A stretch of 64,000 nucleotides of DNA, from positions 54,622,001 through 54,686,000 of the forward strand of contig NC_083232.1 of assembly GCF_032191835.1 (NCBI RefSeq), in the 5' to 3' direction. This document shows positions 8,216-19,080 of the stretch, in pieces (position 1 is the first letter of the stretch; each line of letters starts with the position of its first letter). A program made the position numbers and the translations under genes. Under the pieces are notes generated by a model, which worked only from the letters and a program-made list of their open reading frames with translations, did not search any database and was not told where the DNA came from. The DNA is from Heteronotia binoei (lineage: Eukaryota).

Positions 8216-10884
8216 AAAACTCTGCTGGGAGTTTCAGAATTTTATCTACCAAAATGGAATAACCAGCAGGTAAAGTGCAAATAATTAGTTTATAAAAGCA
8301 AGTTTTAGAAAGTATTTTAACTAGTGTAATCATATAGGCTCTAATAATGAGTCCACTGATTTCGTTTTGCATTTCTCAAATGTTCTATATCTATTCTGCT
8401 CCCTAACCTTTTAACTCTTTTCAGTTCTTTAAGATACACACACACACACTTAAATGTTGACTCAAGTACTAGTATTGCCTGAATGCATCAAAAAGTATAT
8501 ACCAGGATCCACAAAAGTACTTTAGGTCCAGCGGAATACCCACCTTTTTAAATATTTACGAGACTGCATGAGGAAGTTCAAGACAGTTCAAGGCAGTTCA
8601 AGACAAACAAGTCTAAATTCTCAGCTTGAACTTGAGAAACAGTGCAGTTCTTTGGATCCAGGCTAAAGATACATTTGGTCTTAATATTCTGGCATGCAAA
8701 TTTATTTCTAAACATTACCATTCAATCCAAAGACTATTTGTGCAATACAATATTTAAAACGCCAAGTTAGGGCTCTTGTTCTACAACAGAAATTACATCA
8801 ATTGTGGTACATGTTTAAAGCAGGGCAGTAGACTGTTATTATGTATGCATTGGCACACCTAAATAAGGCAGTCAGAGCACAAGTAAAAGAATAGAATTTC
8901 CCTCAAAATAATCTTACCCAAAAGTTTAGGTGTCAGTGTACTTGAATCTTCACTACATGTACATTAGGAAGAATATGAATTAAGGTACATAGAAACAGCA
9001 TTCTTCCTTCAATATTCACATTAATTTTATCTATGAAAAGCGCTAATGTAACTTTTTACAAATGCTATTTCTTCTAACAATTACAACACTGTTTCAGAGC
9101 CAATTTCTGATTGCAACACTAGTGTGGTCACTTGACAGCCTTTTTCATTACAGTTTGCTAAGTTTCATATTGTTTGTGTCTGCAAAGGATAAAGCTGTGA
9201 AGCTTTCAATGAATGAACTTTATTGTAATTCTCAGTTCTTTTGGTTGCCTTTTCATACTCAAGTTCAACAAGCATAACCTATGCTTTCCTCACTTTACTA
9301 AAATACCACAAAGTGAAGACCTGAATTTTCAAATAATGCTAGATATAATATGCGTTGCCTCACATTAATTGCCTGATCATCCCAAGAAAGCCCACTTAAC
9401 TGGGAACCTCTTGACTCAGCCTGCACACTGGAAAGCAATAGTTTATGGTGTTAGTGCTAGGTTGTGGAAATTCTGAATGCTATTCTGCAACAGGTAACAC
9501 TACTAACCAAACAGGCTGCAGATATGAGTCATAGGAGGCACATAAATATAATAATCAGTCCCTTTCAGCCAATCAGCATCTCCTCTATTGAATACTCTGT
9601 TTTTGATGCCTACAACTATCTGAATTCATAATGTGGTAGTGTGCAAACAGGATATATTTTTTCTGAGCAAAACCAAACGCATTAACATATGTTCCCAAGA
9701 ACCAAAGTTCTGTAGCATCTTACAACCTTAAACAAACTATTGCTCAGAAGGGGAGGCTCTGGCTTGTTACAAGGTAGAACTCTGGCACTGGAAAGAATTA
9801 TTGGTCAGACCCTGGTAAAACCAAGATCCTAGTAAAAAATGCTACACAGCCATAAGATTTTTCTGTTGATCAGAGCATTTCACTGTCCAACCTAAAACCC
9901 TGCCATTATTGATTACATTTGAGTTGCTCAGAGATTGAATAAGACAGAACATTAATGCAGATTTATTCTACTACTGAAATAGTAATTTTACCACCTAGCA
10001 TTTTTTTTTTAAAAAACCCCAATTAACCTAGCTGATATATTATATAACATCAAATACAATAGGTGGTTCTGAGAGCAGTTCTGAAATAAGTGTACACATG
10101 AGTACAAAATCCTTGCAACAATACCCACTGGACAAGGCAAATTAGGTACTGCAATTCAATAAATACAGTTCTAAGGATTGCTTGGCCGTACAGAGACTAG
10201 TCAACCAAGCAACAATTGTGCACCCAAGAAATGTTAGACTTGAACTTCTTGAATAGCAGTATCTCATCTACCTCATCCAGTAGGGATAATGTTGGAAGGA
10301 TTTTGTACTCACATGCATATTTCAGTGCTGCTTTCACCTTTTTTTCTTATATTATGAAAATGTGAATAGAATAGTACCTGCAGCTTTGTATTTTTAATTA
10401 GGAAATGCTCATACACAAGTTCACATTTAAAATAATGAGCATGGTATCAATGTGTAAACATAGTTGAAATTCCAAAGCTACAGTAGGTAAAACTTTAAAT
10501 TAAAAATCAGTAGTAAATCTTATGTCAGTTTTTAAGAACAGCTCACTTGCTAAATAACCAAATAGCAAGTAGAAATAAGGTCATTTATGAATGAAGTGCT
10601 GTGCTCCCTCCCTCCCTTTTCACCCTCTCTTCTTCTCTGAGAAGGAAGGAAACAGAATCAGAAAGGGCAGCAAAAGTATACTGCTTTTGAGATGCGCAGA
10701 AAAGCCTTGGCTGAAAATGAAAGTAGAAGTGAGCTTTAAGTCTTGAGCTTAAGCCCTTAAAGGAGAAGTGCAGCAATTTTCTTTACTTTAAAAGCACTTG
10801 CCAGCCTAAGAAACATATACCACTGGCAAGTGCTTTTGTGGAACACTGTTAATACAGATCTACAGATAACTTCAAATCCTATCC

Positions 10885-10960
10885 AGGGGTGGCCAACGGT
10901 AGCTTTCCTGATGTTTTTTGCCTACAACTCCCATCAGCCCAGCCAGCATGGCCAATGGGA
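10885..10960. mobile_element. Partial palindromic hAT-type MITE (CAGGGGTGGCCAAC family)
   Basis: Near-identical to the left half of the copies at 32331-32468 and 44246-44383. Confidence 0.75.
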
Positions 10961-11574
10961 TACGTTCAATAACCAGCCACATGGAATGTCCCTATCATGT
11001 GAAGAACTATTTAGGATCAACTATATATTTTTAAACTTACAATGCTGCCAATCAGATTTACTGGAAAATGCACTGCTTGGCCATTAAGCTTCAGAAAAGC
11101 ACTACTTGGGAGTGAATTCATGTATTTGTAGATGTGAAATGTTCCCTCTAGCTGTGGGATCTTGGGAGCAAAATTTCTACTTTGTTAGCTACTGACATTA
11201 AAGTTGTGAGCTACTGCATAAATTAGTTTGCTCTAGGACCACTTTTCCTGAGCCAAGAAAAAAACTGTGTGAGCTGGAGGCTAAAAAACTGTGAGCTAGC
11301 TCACGCTAACTCAGCTCAGACAGGCTTCAACAGTTCTGGAAATTTTCTTTCTCGAGTATCAACTATCATAGACTCCATAGACTGCCTGTGGTAAGAATGG
11401 TCTCCAAGAAACCAAGTATGTTTACAGAAATGAGCTTATTTTATAGGCCACATATAATGAACAAAAGTATATGAGCTAATAAATGTTGGGTGTGTTTACA
11501 AGCCCATGCAAGATACTCTCATGTTTATATTATAAAAGATAAATACTGTGTTATCCTGAATTGGGTGGCCCAGC

Positions 11575-11730
11575 CTAGCCAGATCTTATAAATTTTCAGA
11601 AGCTAAGCAGAGTCGACCCTGATAAGTATTTGGATAGGAGACAATCAAACAGGGTCACTACACAGAGGCAGGCAATAGGTAAAACCGCCTTTTAAAGTCT
11701 CTTGCCTTCAGAACCCTTAAGTTGGCAGCA
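11575..11730 (+). mobile_element. Decayed SINE with a 5S rRNA-derived head
   Basis: CCAGATCTT...CAGAAGCTAAGCAGAGTCGACCCTGATAAGTATTTGGATAGGAGAC resembles the 5S internal control region (A and C boxes). It is followed by a GAGGCAGGCAAT...AAACC tail like that of other SINEs in the window. Confidence 0.65.
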
Positions 11731-12919
11731 ATCTGAAGGCACTTTCAACCACCACTAACAAATACAGTGTTAGGTAGAAGAACACTATCTGATGAAAAAC
11801 AGGTAGATCAAACCTATTGTTAAAAAATCTTACCAATATTGACTTTCAACGTAATGAACTAATCGGACATTGGTATACTTGCTACTGCCATAAAAATTAC
11901 CCATACATACACAATCCTACTCTTAATGTTTTCCATTTTCTATTTGAATGACTCAGTGATGTTTATTACTTCTACTACTTCTACCGCCCTGAGCCACTTG
12001 TGGGAAGGGCGGGATATAAATTCTAAATAAATAAATAAATAATACACTTAGAATTAACTTTTCCGTTTATAGCATCAGAATGCCACTTATAGCCAATGTA
12101 TTGTAACTGTCAGCCAAGTTCAGCTCTCCATTCTGCTCACTTAGGTGACTTTAAGACAGTTATACAGCTTATAAACCTACCTCCTAGAACAGTTATTGGG
12201 AGGATAAAATGTATACTGTTCTGAGCACACTCACAGAATGGCAGAATACAAATAAAATATAACTTCACAAAATATTCTGCAGCCTACCAATAACAGCCAC
12301 AATTCATGGTCACAACTCATCACAACTGCCAAATGGCATGTGTATAACCAGGATTGCTAGAAAAGGATTCCCAGTTACCACTATTTGATAAAGATTTTCT
12401 ATTGCACTTCTTATATTGGTTGGGAAAGTTACACATTGTGAATTACACCAAACACAAGTGTTTTGAAAATAAATATTACATTCTTTCACAACTCTTTTTG
12501 TTTGGTTAAAAAACTGCTTATGCTGCTTTACCCACACACACAAAATTATAAATACCTTAAATAATGGTCTAACGAATTACACTCCAGACATTTTCTCAAG
12601 AGAGCAATCCCAGCACTATTTATAACATAATGCCCCAGAATCACTACAGCAAGGGTTCTAATCTTCCTTTGCTGAAAGGACAACTTGGGAATTTTCTGTA
12701 AGTTTTTTTTTTTAAACCTCACAATGAAAAAAAGAGATAGCACAGGACAGTGCAGATAAGGGGTAATTGATGGGAACTGTATACATGTGAAATACATGCC
12801 TCTTTTCCATTGTTACTAGCCATAAACATACATATAGAAAAATGTCTGCTGTTCTCATACCTTACTTAATGCCTGGCACAGAACAAAAAACTGATTCAGG
12901 CATCTGATGGGCAACCAAC

Positions 12920-14110
12920 AAATCATGCCGAAAGTCCGAGGAGCCTGTGTAGAGAAAACTCCTCTATCCTGCAGACCCCAGAGGTGAGATCATGACCCTT
13001 TGCCCTCATAGCAGCACAGCATCAGACTCTTTCCTCCACAAGCAGAGCGCTTCATCGTCCTGTTGCCCGATATATAATGACCGCTCGCCATCCCACCCTC
13101 ACCAACCCGACATATACACTCCCGTCGACTAGTACGAGGCTTGGGAAGACGCTGGAGGGCGGATGAAAGAATAAAGGGCAGCGAAAATAGGACAGCGATG
13201 AAACCTTGACTTAAGCAGCGGGCGACTGGTAGCCGTCCAGGCACGAGATCATGGCAGGGCTTACCACGATTTGGGGCGGGGCGACGACCGGAAAGCTAAG
13301 AACAAGGGCGAAGAGCAGTGTAGGCTGCAGAATCCAAGCACAAGAGGGGGCTGCCAGAGGACAATAACAAGGGGGTCCCAGAACAGAGGCTGCAAATCTA
13401 AGGCTGTGATCACACACACTAAATAATGCCCTATCAATGCACTTTCTGACTGGATTTTGCCATTCACACAGTTAAACCCCGTTGGAAAATGCATTGAAAA
13501 TGGATTAAAAGTGCATTATTTAGTGTGTGTGACTGCAGCCCAAGGCTCTCTAGCACGTACTCACAATAAGGGAACAGCCCGTCAAGAGACTGCGCTGCCT
13601 CACCTCGGGCGAAAGAATCATTTAGGCGAGAACCGACACCTTCCCGGATGCCCTCCTTCCCGTTCAGCGCCCTGCGAGGATACAGATTTTGGCTCTTTAC
13701 CCACTTAACGCCCTCAGGATCACAGGCCAGGCCTCCGACACCGCGGCCCGGACGGAGCCGCTCACTACTCACCCTCCCCTCAAAGTTGTTCTCCTCCACG
13801 TCGCTCATGTCGGCGCGTTTCTAACACCGGCGGGACAACCAGCAGGAATCCGGCCGAGGGAGAGCAGCAAGACCAGTCCTTCTGGCAAAACACGTCCAAA
13901 CCACCAACCGTCCTCCAGTGGCGGCAGCGCAAAATGGCGCCTCAGTCTGTAAGATCTGCGCCCGACACTACTCGAGGGGCGGAGCCAAGTGCATGCCCCA
14001 CCCTTTTGTCACAATGGAAACGCTGCCGCCACAAAGAATGAAGTGGCGGGTTAGAGATTCGCGCAAGCGCAGTGACGGCGGATCAGGATTTCGGTTCTGA
14101 TTTGAACTGC
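12920..14110 (-). promoter_or_regulatory. TRA2A: CpG island covering the TRA2A promoter, exon 1 and 5' intron 1
   Basis: High GC and CpG density. YY1-type CAAAATGGCG at 13930-13939; NRF1-like GCGCAAGCGC near 14061-14070. Confidence 0.8.
13773..13808 (-). CDS. TRA2A: Transformer-2 alpha, coding exon 1 (start codon)
   Basis: ATG at 13808-13806, MSDVEENNFEGR, then a GTGAGT donor. Confidence 0.97.
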
Positions 14111-14261
14111 CGGTAGCTAACTGGGGAAACCGTGCTTCTCTTAAGATGTATTAATTGCTCCGATTTTTAAAAGTTGTGCAGCTCGTTTCTGTATTTGTAG
14201 TTATGGGTACTGCTGAAATCTTGCAGTTGTTTTACGTATTAATATATATCTATCTTATCTT

Positions 14262-14340
14262 TTAAACCGACAAAGTTTAATTCTGGGTCTTTGTTGGTCT
14301 GAAAGGTGCCACTGGACTCAAAACATCGTTCTGTTGCTTT
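14262..14340. mobile_element. Penelope-like element terminal remnant
   Basis: TTGTTGGTCTGAAAGGTGCCACTGGACTCAAAAC...GTTCTGTTGCT matches the recalled reptile Penelope terminus; related fragments at about 16165-16265, 33925-34040 and 63250-63790. Confidence 0.55.
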
Positions 14341-14759
14341 ATGCCCACCTGAAACTACCTGCATCTACGTTTCATAACAATAGCGGGGTGGGGCAGTATT
14401 GCAATTCTTTAAACGTTTGATTAGGCTGATTTCAATTGAAGTAGTTTCAGTTTTGGAATATATATTGGCTTGGTTATTTTAATAGATAAACCTCGTTACA
14501 GCATAAAAATATTATATATACAAAAGGGAACTTTCGCTTTTGTAAACATTGCATTTTATGCTGGAATGAGGCTACAATTGGCCCCTATTTTTAACCATTA
14601 GAGAATAAATACACGTATTTTGATAATATTTAGTTTTCATATATTGTTTTTAGTAATTGGCCCTATATTGGTTTGCAGCTAACCTTTCTCAGTTCTTGAT
14701 TCAGTTCTTTTGGATTAGGTTTTTTCCTGTCTCTCCCCCCACTTTTTTTTTACTTTGAT

Positions 14760-15960
14760 AGCTAGACTCAGAATGGAAGGGACTTCTAGGGTAATCTAGT
14801 TCAGCCCCCTGCACAATGCTCAAAATTAGCAAGTACCTCCCCCCAACACACCCCAGTGACCCCTATTCCATGCTCAGAAGATGGCAAAAAACCCCCACAA
14901 CCATTTAGCCTCTATTTAAAAACCTCCAAAGAAGGAGAGCCCATCACCTCCTGAGGAAGCCTGTTCCACTGAGGAACTGCGCTAACTGTTCCTAAAGTTT
15001 AGCTGGAAAATCTTTTGTTTTAATTTCAACCTGTTGGTTCTGGTCTAACCTCTGGGGCAACAGAAAACAGCTCTGCACCATCCTCTATATGACAGCTGTT
15101 CAAGTGCTTGGAAGATGGTAATCATATCACCTCTCAGTCATCTTCTCTTCCCAGCTCCTTTGACCTTTCCTCATAGGACTTGGTTTCCAGACCCCTCACC
15201 ATCTTCAGTACCCTCCTCTGAACATGTTCCAGCTTGTCTATGTGCTTCTTAAATTGTGGTGCTCAAAACTGAGCACAACACAACACTCTACGTGAGGTCT
15301 AAACAGAGCAAGTGATACCATCACTTCACGACCTCGACACTATGCTAGTGTTGATACAGCCCAAAATTTGCCTTTTTAGCTACCACATTACACTGCTGAC
15401 TCATGTTCAGTCCACTAAGACCCACTAGATCCTTTTCACACATACTGTTGGCCTCTCATCCTATAATTATACATTTGATTTTTCCTACCTAAATGCAGAA
15501 CTTCACATAACTCTCCCTGTTAAAATTCATGTTATTTGTTGTAGCTCAGTTTTCCAGCCTGTCAAGATTATCCTGTATCCTAATTCTGTCTTCTACCATA
15601 TTTGCTACCCATCCCAACTTAGTATCATCTGCAAATGTAATAAGCATTCCCTGTATTCCTTCATCCAACTAATTTATAAAGATGTTGAACAAACAGGTCC
15701 CAGGCAGTATTCCCTCTAAACTGAGTTACTGTGAGCTCAGTTTTTTAGCCTCCAGCTCACACATTTATGTGTTACCTCAGGAAAAATGGCCTCAGAGCAA
15801 GCTAATCTATGAAGTAGCTCACAACTTTAATGCCAATAGTTCACAAAGCAGAATTTTTGCTCACAAGACTCCACAGCTTAGAGGGAGTATTGCTCTCAGG
15901 ACAGATCCCTGAGGCACTCATCACTCCTCTCCAAGCAGATGAGGAACCATTAACCATTAG
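14760..15960 (-). mobile_element. CR1 LINE 3' fragment (RT C-terminus and tail), interrupted at about 15706-15892 by a MITE
   Basis: CR1 hallmarks on the minus strand (GAATGGAAGGGAC...TCTAGTTCAGCCCCCTGC, CTGTTCCACTG, CAAAACTGAGCACAA, TCATCTGCAAA). The insert has CAGTATTCCCTCTAA / TTAGAGGGAGTATTG inverted ends; a related copy lies at about 11140-11320. Confidence 0.8.
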
Positions 15961-17129
15961 ATGGTCTATACTAAACATAAGATGCAGTGTGACTGTTGAT
16001 TTCCTAAACCTCTCAGTGGCTCTCTTAAGAAGCCACTGGTCCTGCTGGGAATACAGCTTTGTAGTGCTTCTGCTCCTCTATAGCAAACTGTTTCCAAGCA
16101 GCTAGGAGAGGTTCATTCAGTATACTGATAGGTGTGCTGTCAGCCTAATGGATGTACATGTACAAAAGCTTCCAGAATAAAATGTTATTAGTCTTTCAGG
16201 TGTCACTATCTGTACTCCTGTTTTAGTTTGCTGCTACAGGCTAAAACATCTACACATCTAGAATTAAAATGGATGACATGTTTGCTAGTTCATGATATTA
16301 CTTCATCGCAATGTTTTTATTAGCTCCTTTAATAGCCTGAATGCTATCCTAGATTGGTAATGGCATCCAGGAAAACTTAGTATCTTGCAAAGATAACTGT
16401 CTAACACTTCAATTTTAAACAGAATTGTACAGTTTTAAACCCATTGATTACAGTGGACTTAGAAGGGTGTAATTCTGTTTATGATGGCAGTGTTAAGGTC
16501 TGAATGTTGATTTTGATATATGAGACTTACATTTTTAATGTGACTAAATATGTGGATATCTAAAGCCAGAGGCTGGAGCAATGGACAAACAACATGGATA
16601 CCTGTACAAAAGTCCCCTGGTTTGCACGAAAACCTGAAATGAAAATCTCCAAAATGTCTCCAGTAGCTTTAAGAAACAAATACCCTCAGCGGCTGTTGCT
16701 TGGCAATCACAACAGCATTGCAAGCCTTGAGTTCTTATCAGTAAAAGGCAGGGGGAGGGACAAAGTCTTTTCTGGCGTTGTTTTGGCTGCTGAGAGGGGT
16801 CTTATTAGATCCAGGCTTGCCAGTAATCAGGCTTGGCGGTAACTGTTCCAATACCAGTCACCCCATGAAAGCCAGTGTGGTGTGGCTTCGTTGAATGGCA
16901 GAGAGAAAAGGAAGCCTGGAAAGATGAGGAAGGGGTAATATTGTGGGAAAGGTGATGAAATGGAACATAAGGTGCCCCTTGGAAATTCGTTTGGGTACCC
17001 CACCATGCAACTGGACCCAGTCTAGTGGCTGGAAAGCTCTTGGGTCCCACCCAACAGGCAGCACCACATAACTGGACCGAAGTTTTCCCCAGTAGAGGCT
17101 ACTAGGGGGAGAGAAAGAATGGTGGAAAA

Positions 17130-17620
17130 TATGTAGATTTCAAAGCGACTGATTTTTCGCGCATGAAATATTACATCACAAGGCATATGTCTCGGGCCGT
17201 AACTTAATTACTCCTGCCCGCATATGGCTGTTTCTCCGCCATTTTTTTCGCTCTACCCAGAAGCCGGAAATGATCCGTTTTTCTTCTGTCTTTCGTCTAT
17301 GCGCCGCGCAGTAATAAGGCGCAGGCGGGAGAGGAGGGGAAGTTGGTTGGGAGGCTTTTGTTGTGCGTGCTGACAGCCTGGGAGAGCGTGTGCGGTTGCA
17401 TGGTAACCCTGTTTGTGATTGGACGGCGTGATCGGGGGCCGGAAGGTGCCCGGGGCCCGGAAAGACAAGGAAAAATGCTCTTTGGGTATCGGCAATGGCT
17501 TAGGGCGCGTTGCAGGGTATTTGAGGACGAGAGATGCTGATGGATAGCGAATGGCCTCGTTCGAGTCCTATGATTCCAAGTACCTGTGTTCTCAAGGTAT
17601 GATGTATTGTGTGTAACAGT
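17130..17620 (+). promoter_or_regulatory. CCDC126: CpG island: probable CCDC126 promoter and 5' non-coding exon(s)
   Basis: CpG-rich. E2F-like TTTCGCGC 17155-17162, YY1-type CCGCCATTTT 17236-17245, ETS CCGGAAAT 17264-17271. Candidate donors ATG|GTAACC (17403) and AAG|GTATGA (17597). Confidence 0.7.
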
Positions 17621-18111
17621 TTTCCGCTTTTTTCCCCTTTTATAAAATCAGGTATTATACCGGCTGAACAGCATAATATTTCTTTCGTCAGTGTAAATTT
17701 ATTTAATTCTAAAACACGCTATGATGGTCTTCCTTTCGAGCCTCTTAATTCTTGTATTCAGCGATCAACTCCTCCCTCAATTACTTGTTTTGCATGCTGC
17801 AAACAAACTAGTGCTTTTAGATACGTGTTTCTGGTTTCAAGTGTGCTTTTCGAGTGAAATGTACCCCGTTCATTTAGGCAGTAACTTGCTAAGAAGTCTT
17901 TGGGGAAAGTCTGTATCTTTTATTGTAGCAGGGTATATGCGTTACACTGTAACTCGCAGTAATATGTACATCTGTTGTTGAGACATAGTATGTTTTGTTT
18001 TTAGAGCATTACTTGTGTTTGAAGGAACAGGTTAATATTTGTCTTACTTTTTATCTAGATGAAGTCCCTTGGTATATGATTTCAATTTACTGTTTAATCT
18101 GATTAAGTAAG

Positions 18112-18190
18112 AACATAAGAGAAGCCATGTTGGATCAGGCCAATTGCCCATCCAGTCCAACACTCTGTGTCACACAGTGGCAAAAAAAAT

Positions 18191-18223
<33 letters not shown>

Positions 18224-18316
18224 TGTGGCTAATAGCCACTGATGGACTTATGCTCCATATTTTTATCTAACCCCCTCTTGAAGCTGGCTATGCTTGTAGC
18301 TGCTACCACCTCCTGT
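18112..18316 (-). mobile_element. CR1 3' end fragment containing a (TA)n(CA)n microsatellite
   Basis: AAGAACATAAGAGAAGCCATGTTGGATCAGGCCAA...CCATCCAGTCCAACACTCTG is the CR1 tail read on the minus strand. Confidence 0.7.
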
Positions 18317-18689
18317 AAAATTTTAAGCTAGAGTAATCATTAATGTTCCTGAAGCCATGGGTGACTTGAAACTTGTGTCTAATTCTAATTTTTCAGAAGG
18401 TGACCCCATAAAAGTTAATGTTCTGTCGTATTTTACTGCACACTTAATGGAAGACGGAATTATTAAACACAATTGGAAGATGGTTCCTGCTGGGTTTTTT
18501 TAATTGGAGGGGGTTTTTTTATTGGAAACTTGGTTTAACTACTTCTTGGACTTAAATTTGTATTCCATTTTACCTTATGTAATCTATATATTTTTATTCT
18601 AAATGGGTGATGGCCTAAATATACTTCGACTTTCACATCCTTGATTTTTCTTCCTCCAGACGTTTTGTTGATGTGTTAGCCTCTGACTC

Positions 18690-19080
18690 ATGGTGACCTG
18701 ATGAATCAATGTCCTCCAAAACATTCTATCAGCAGCAGCCTTGCTTGGGTCTTGCAAGCTGATGGTCATGATGGAGTAAATTCATCTCAAGTTGGGTTTT
18801 CCTCTTTTTTTCTGCATTCACTGTTTCTTAGTGTTATTGTCTTTTCCAGTGAATCTTGTCTTCTCATAATGTTACCAAAATATGATAGCCTCAGATTAGA
18901 CATTTTAGCTTCTAGGGAGAGTTCAGGCTTGATTTGATGTAGAACCCACTTTTTTTTTTTGGCCATCTATGGTATCTATAAAACTCCCCTCCAATACCAC
19001 AGTTCACATGAATCAATTTTCTTCCTCTCATCTTTCTTCATAGTGCAACTTTCATGCCCATATGTAAGGGCAATATGATG
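18690..19080 (-). mobile_element. RTE-clade (BovB-like) LINE 3' fragment
   Basis: Minus-strand translation gives decayed ELW.WR...IKPELSLEAKMSNLRLSYFGNIMRRQDSLEKTI, the RTE RT C-terminal region. Confidence 0.8.

Noticed and set aside
7705-8372. ORFs 7705-7992, 7755-8273 and 7959-8372
   Set aside because: They are open only because they run through N bases.
9351-9372. TGCGTTGC and CTCACATTAATTGC resemble pUC/lac vector sequence
   Set aside because: Only a 14-nt match with rearranged order and no continuation; consistent with chance, not vector contamination.
11575-11645. Possible 5S rRNA gene
   Set aside because: Partial and diverged, single copy, and fused to a SINE tail; treated as a SINE head.
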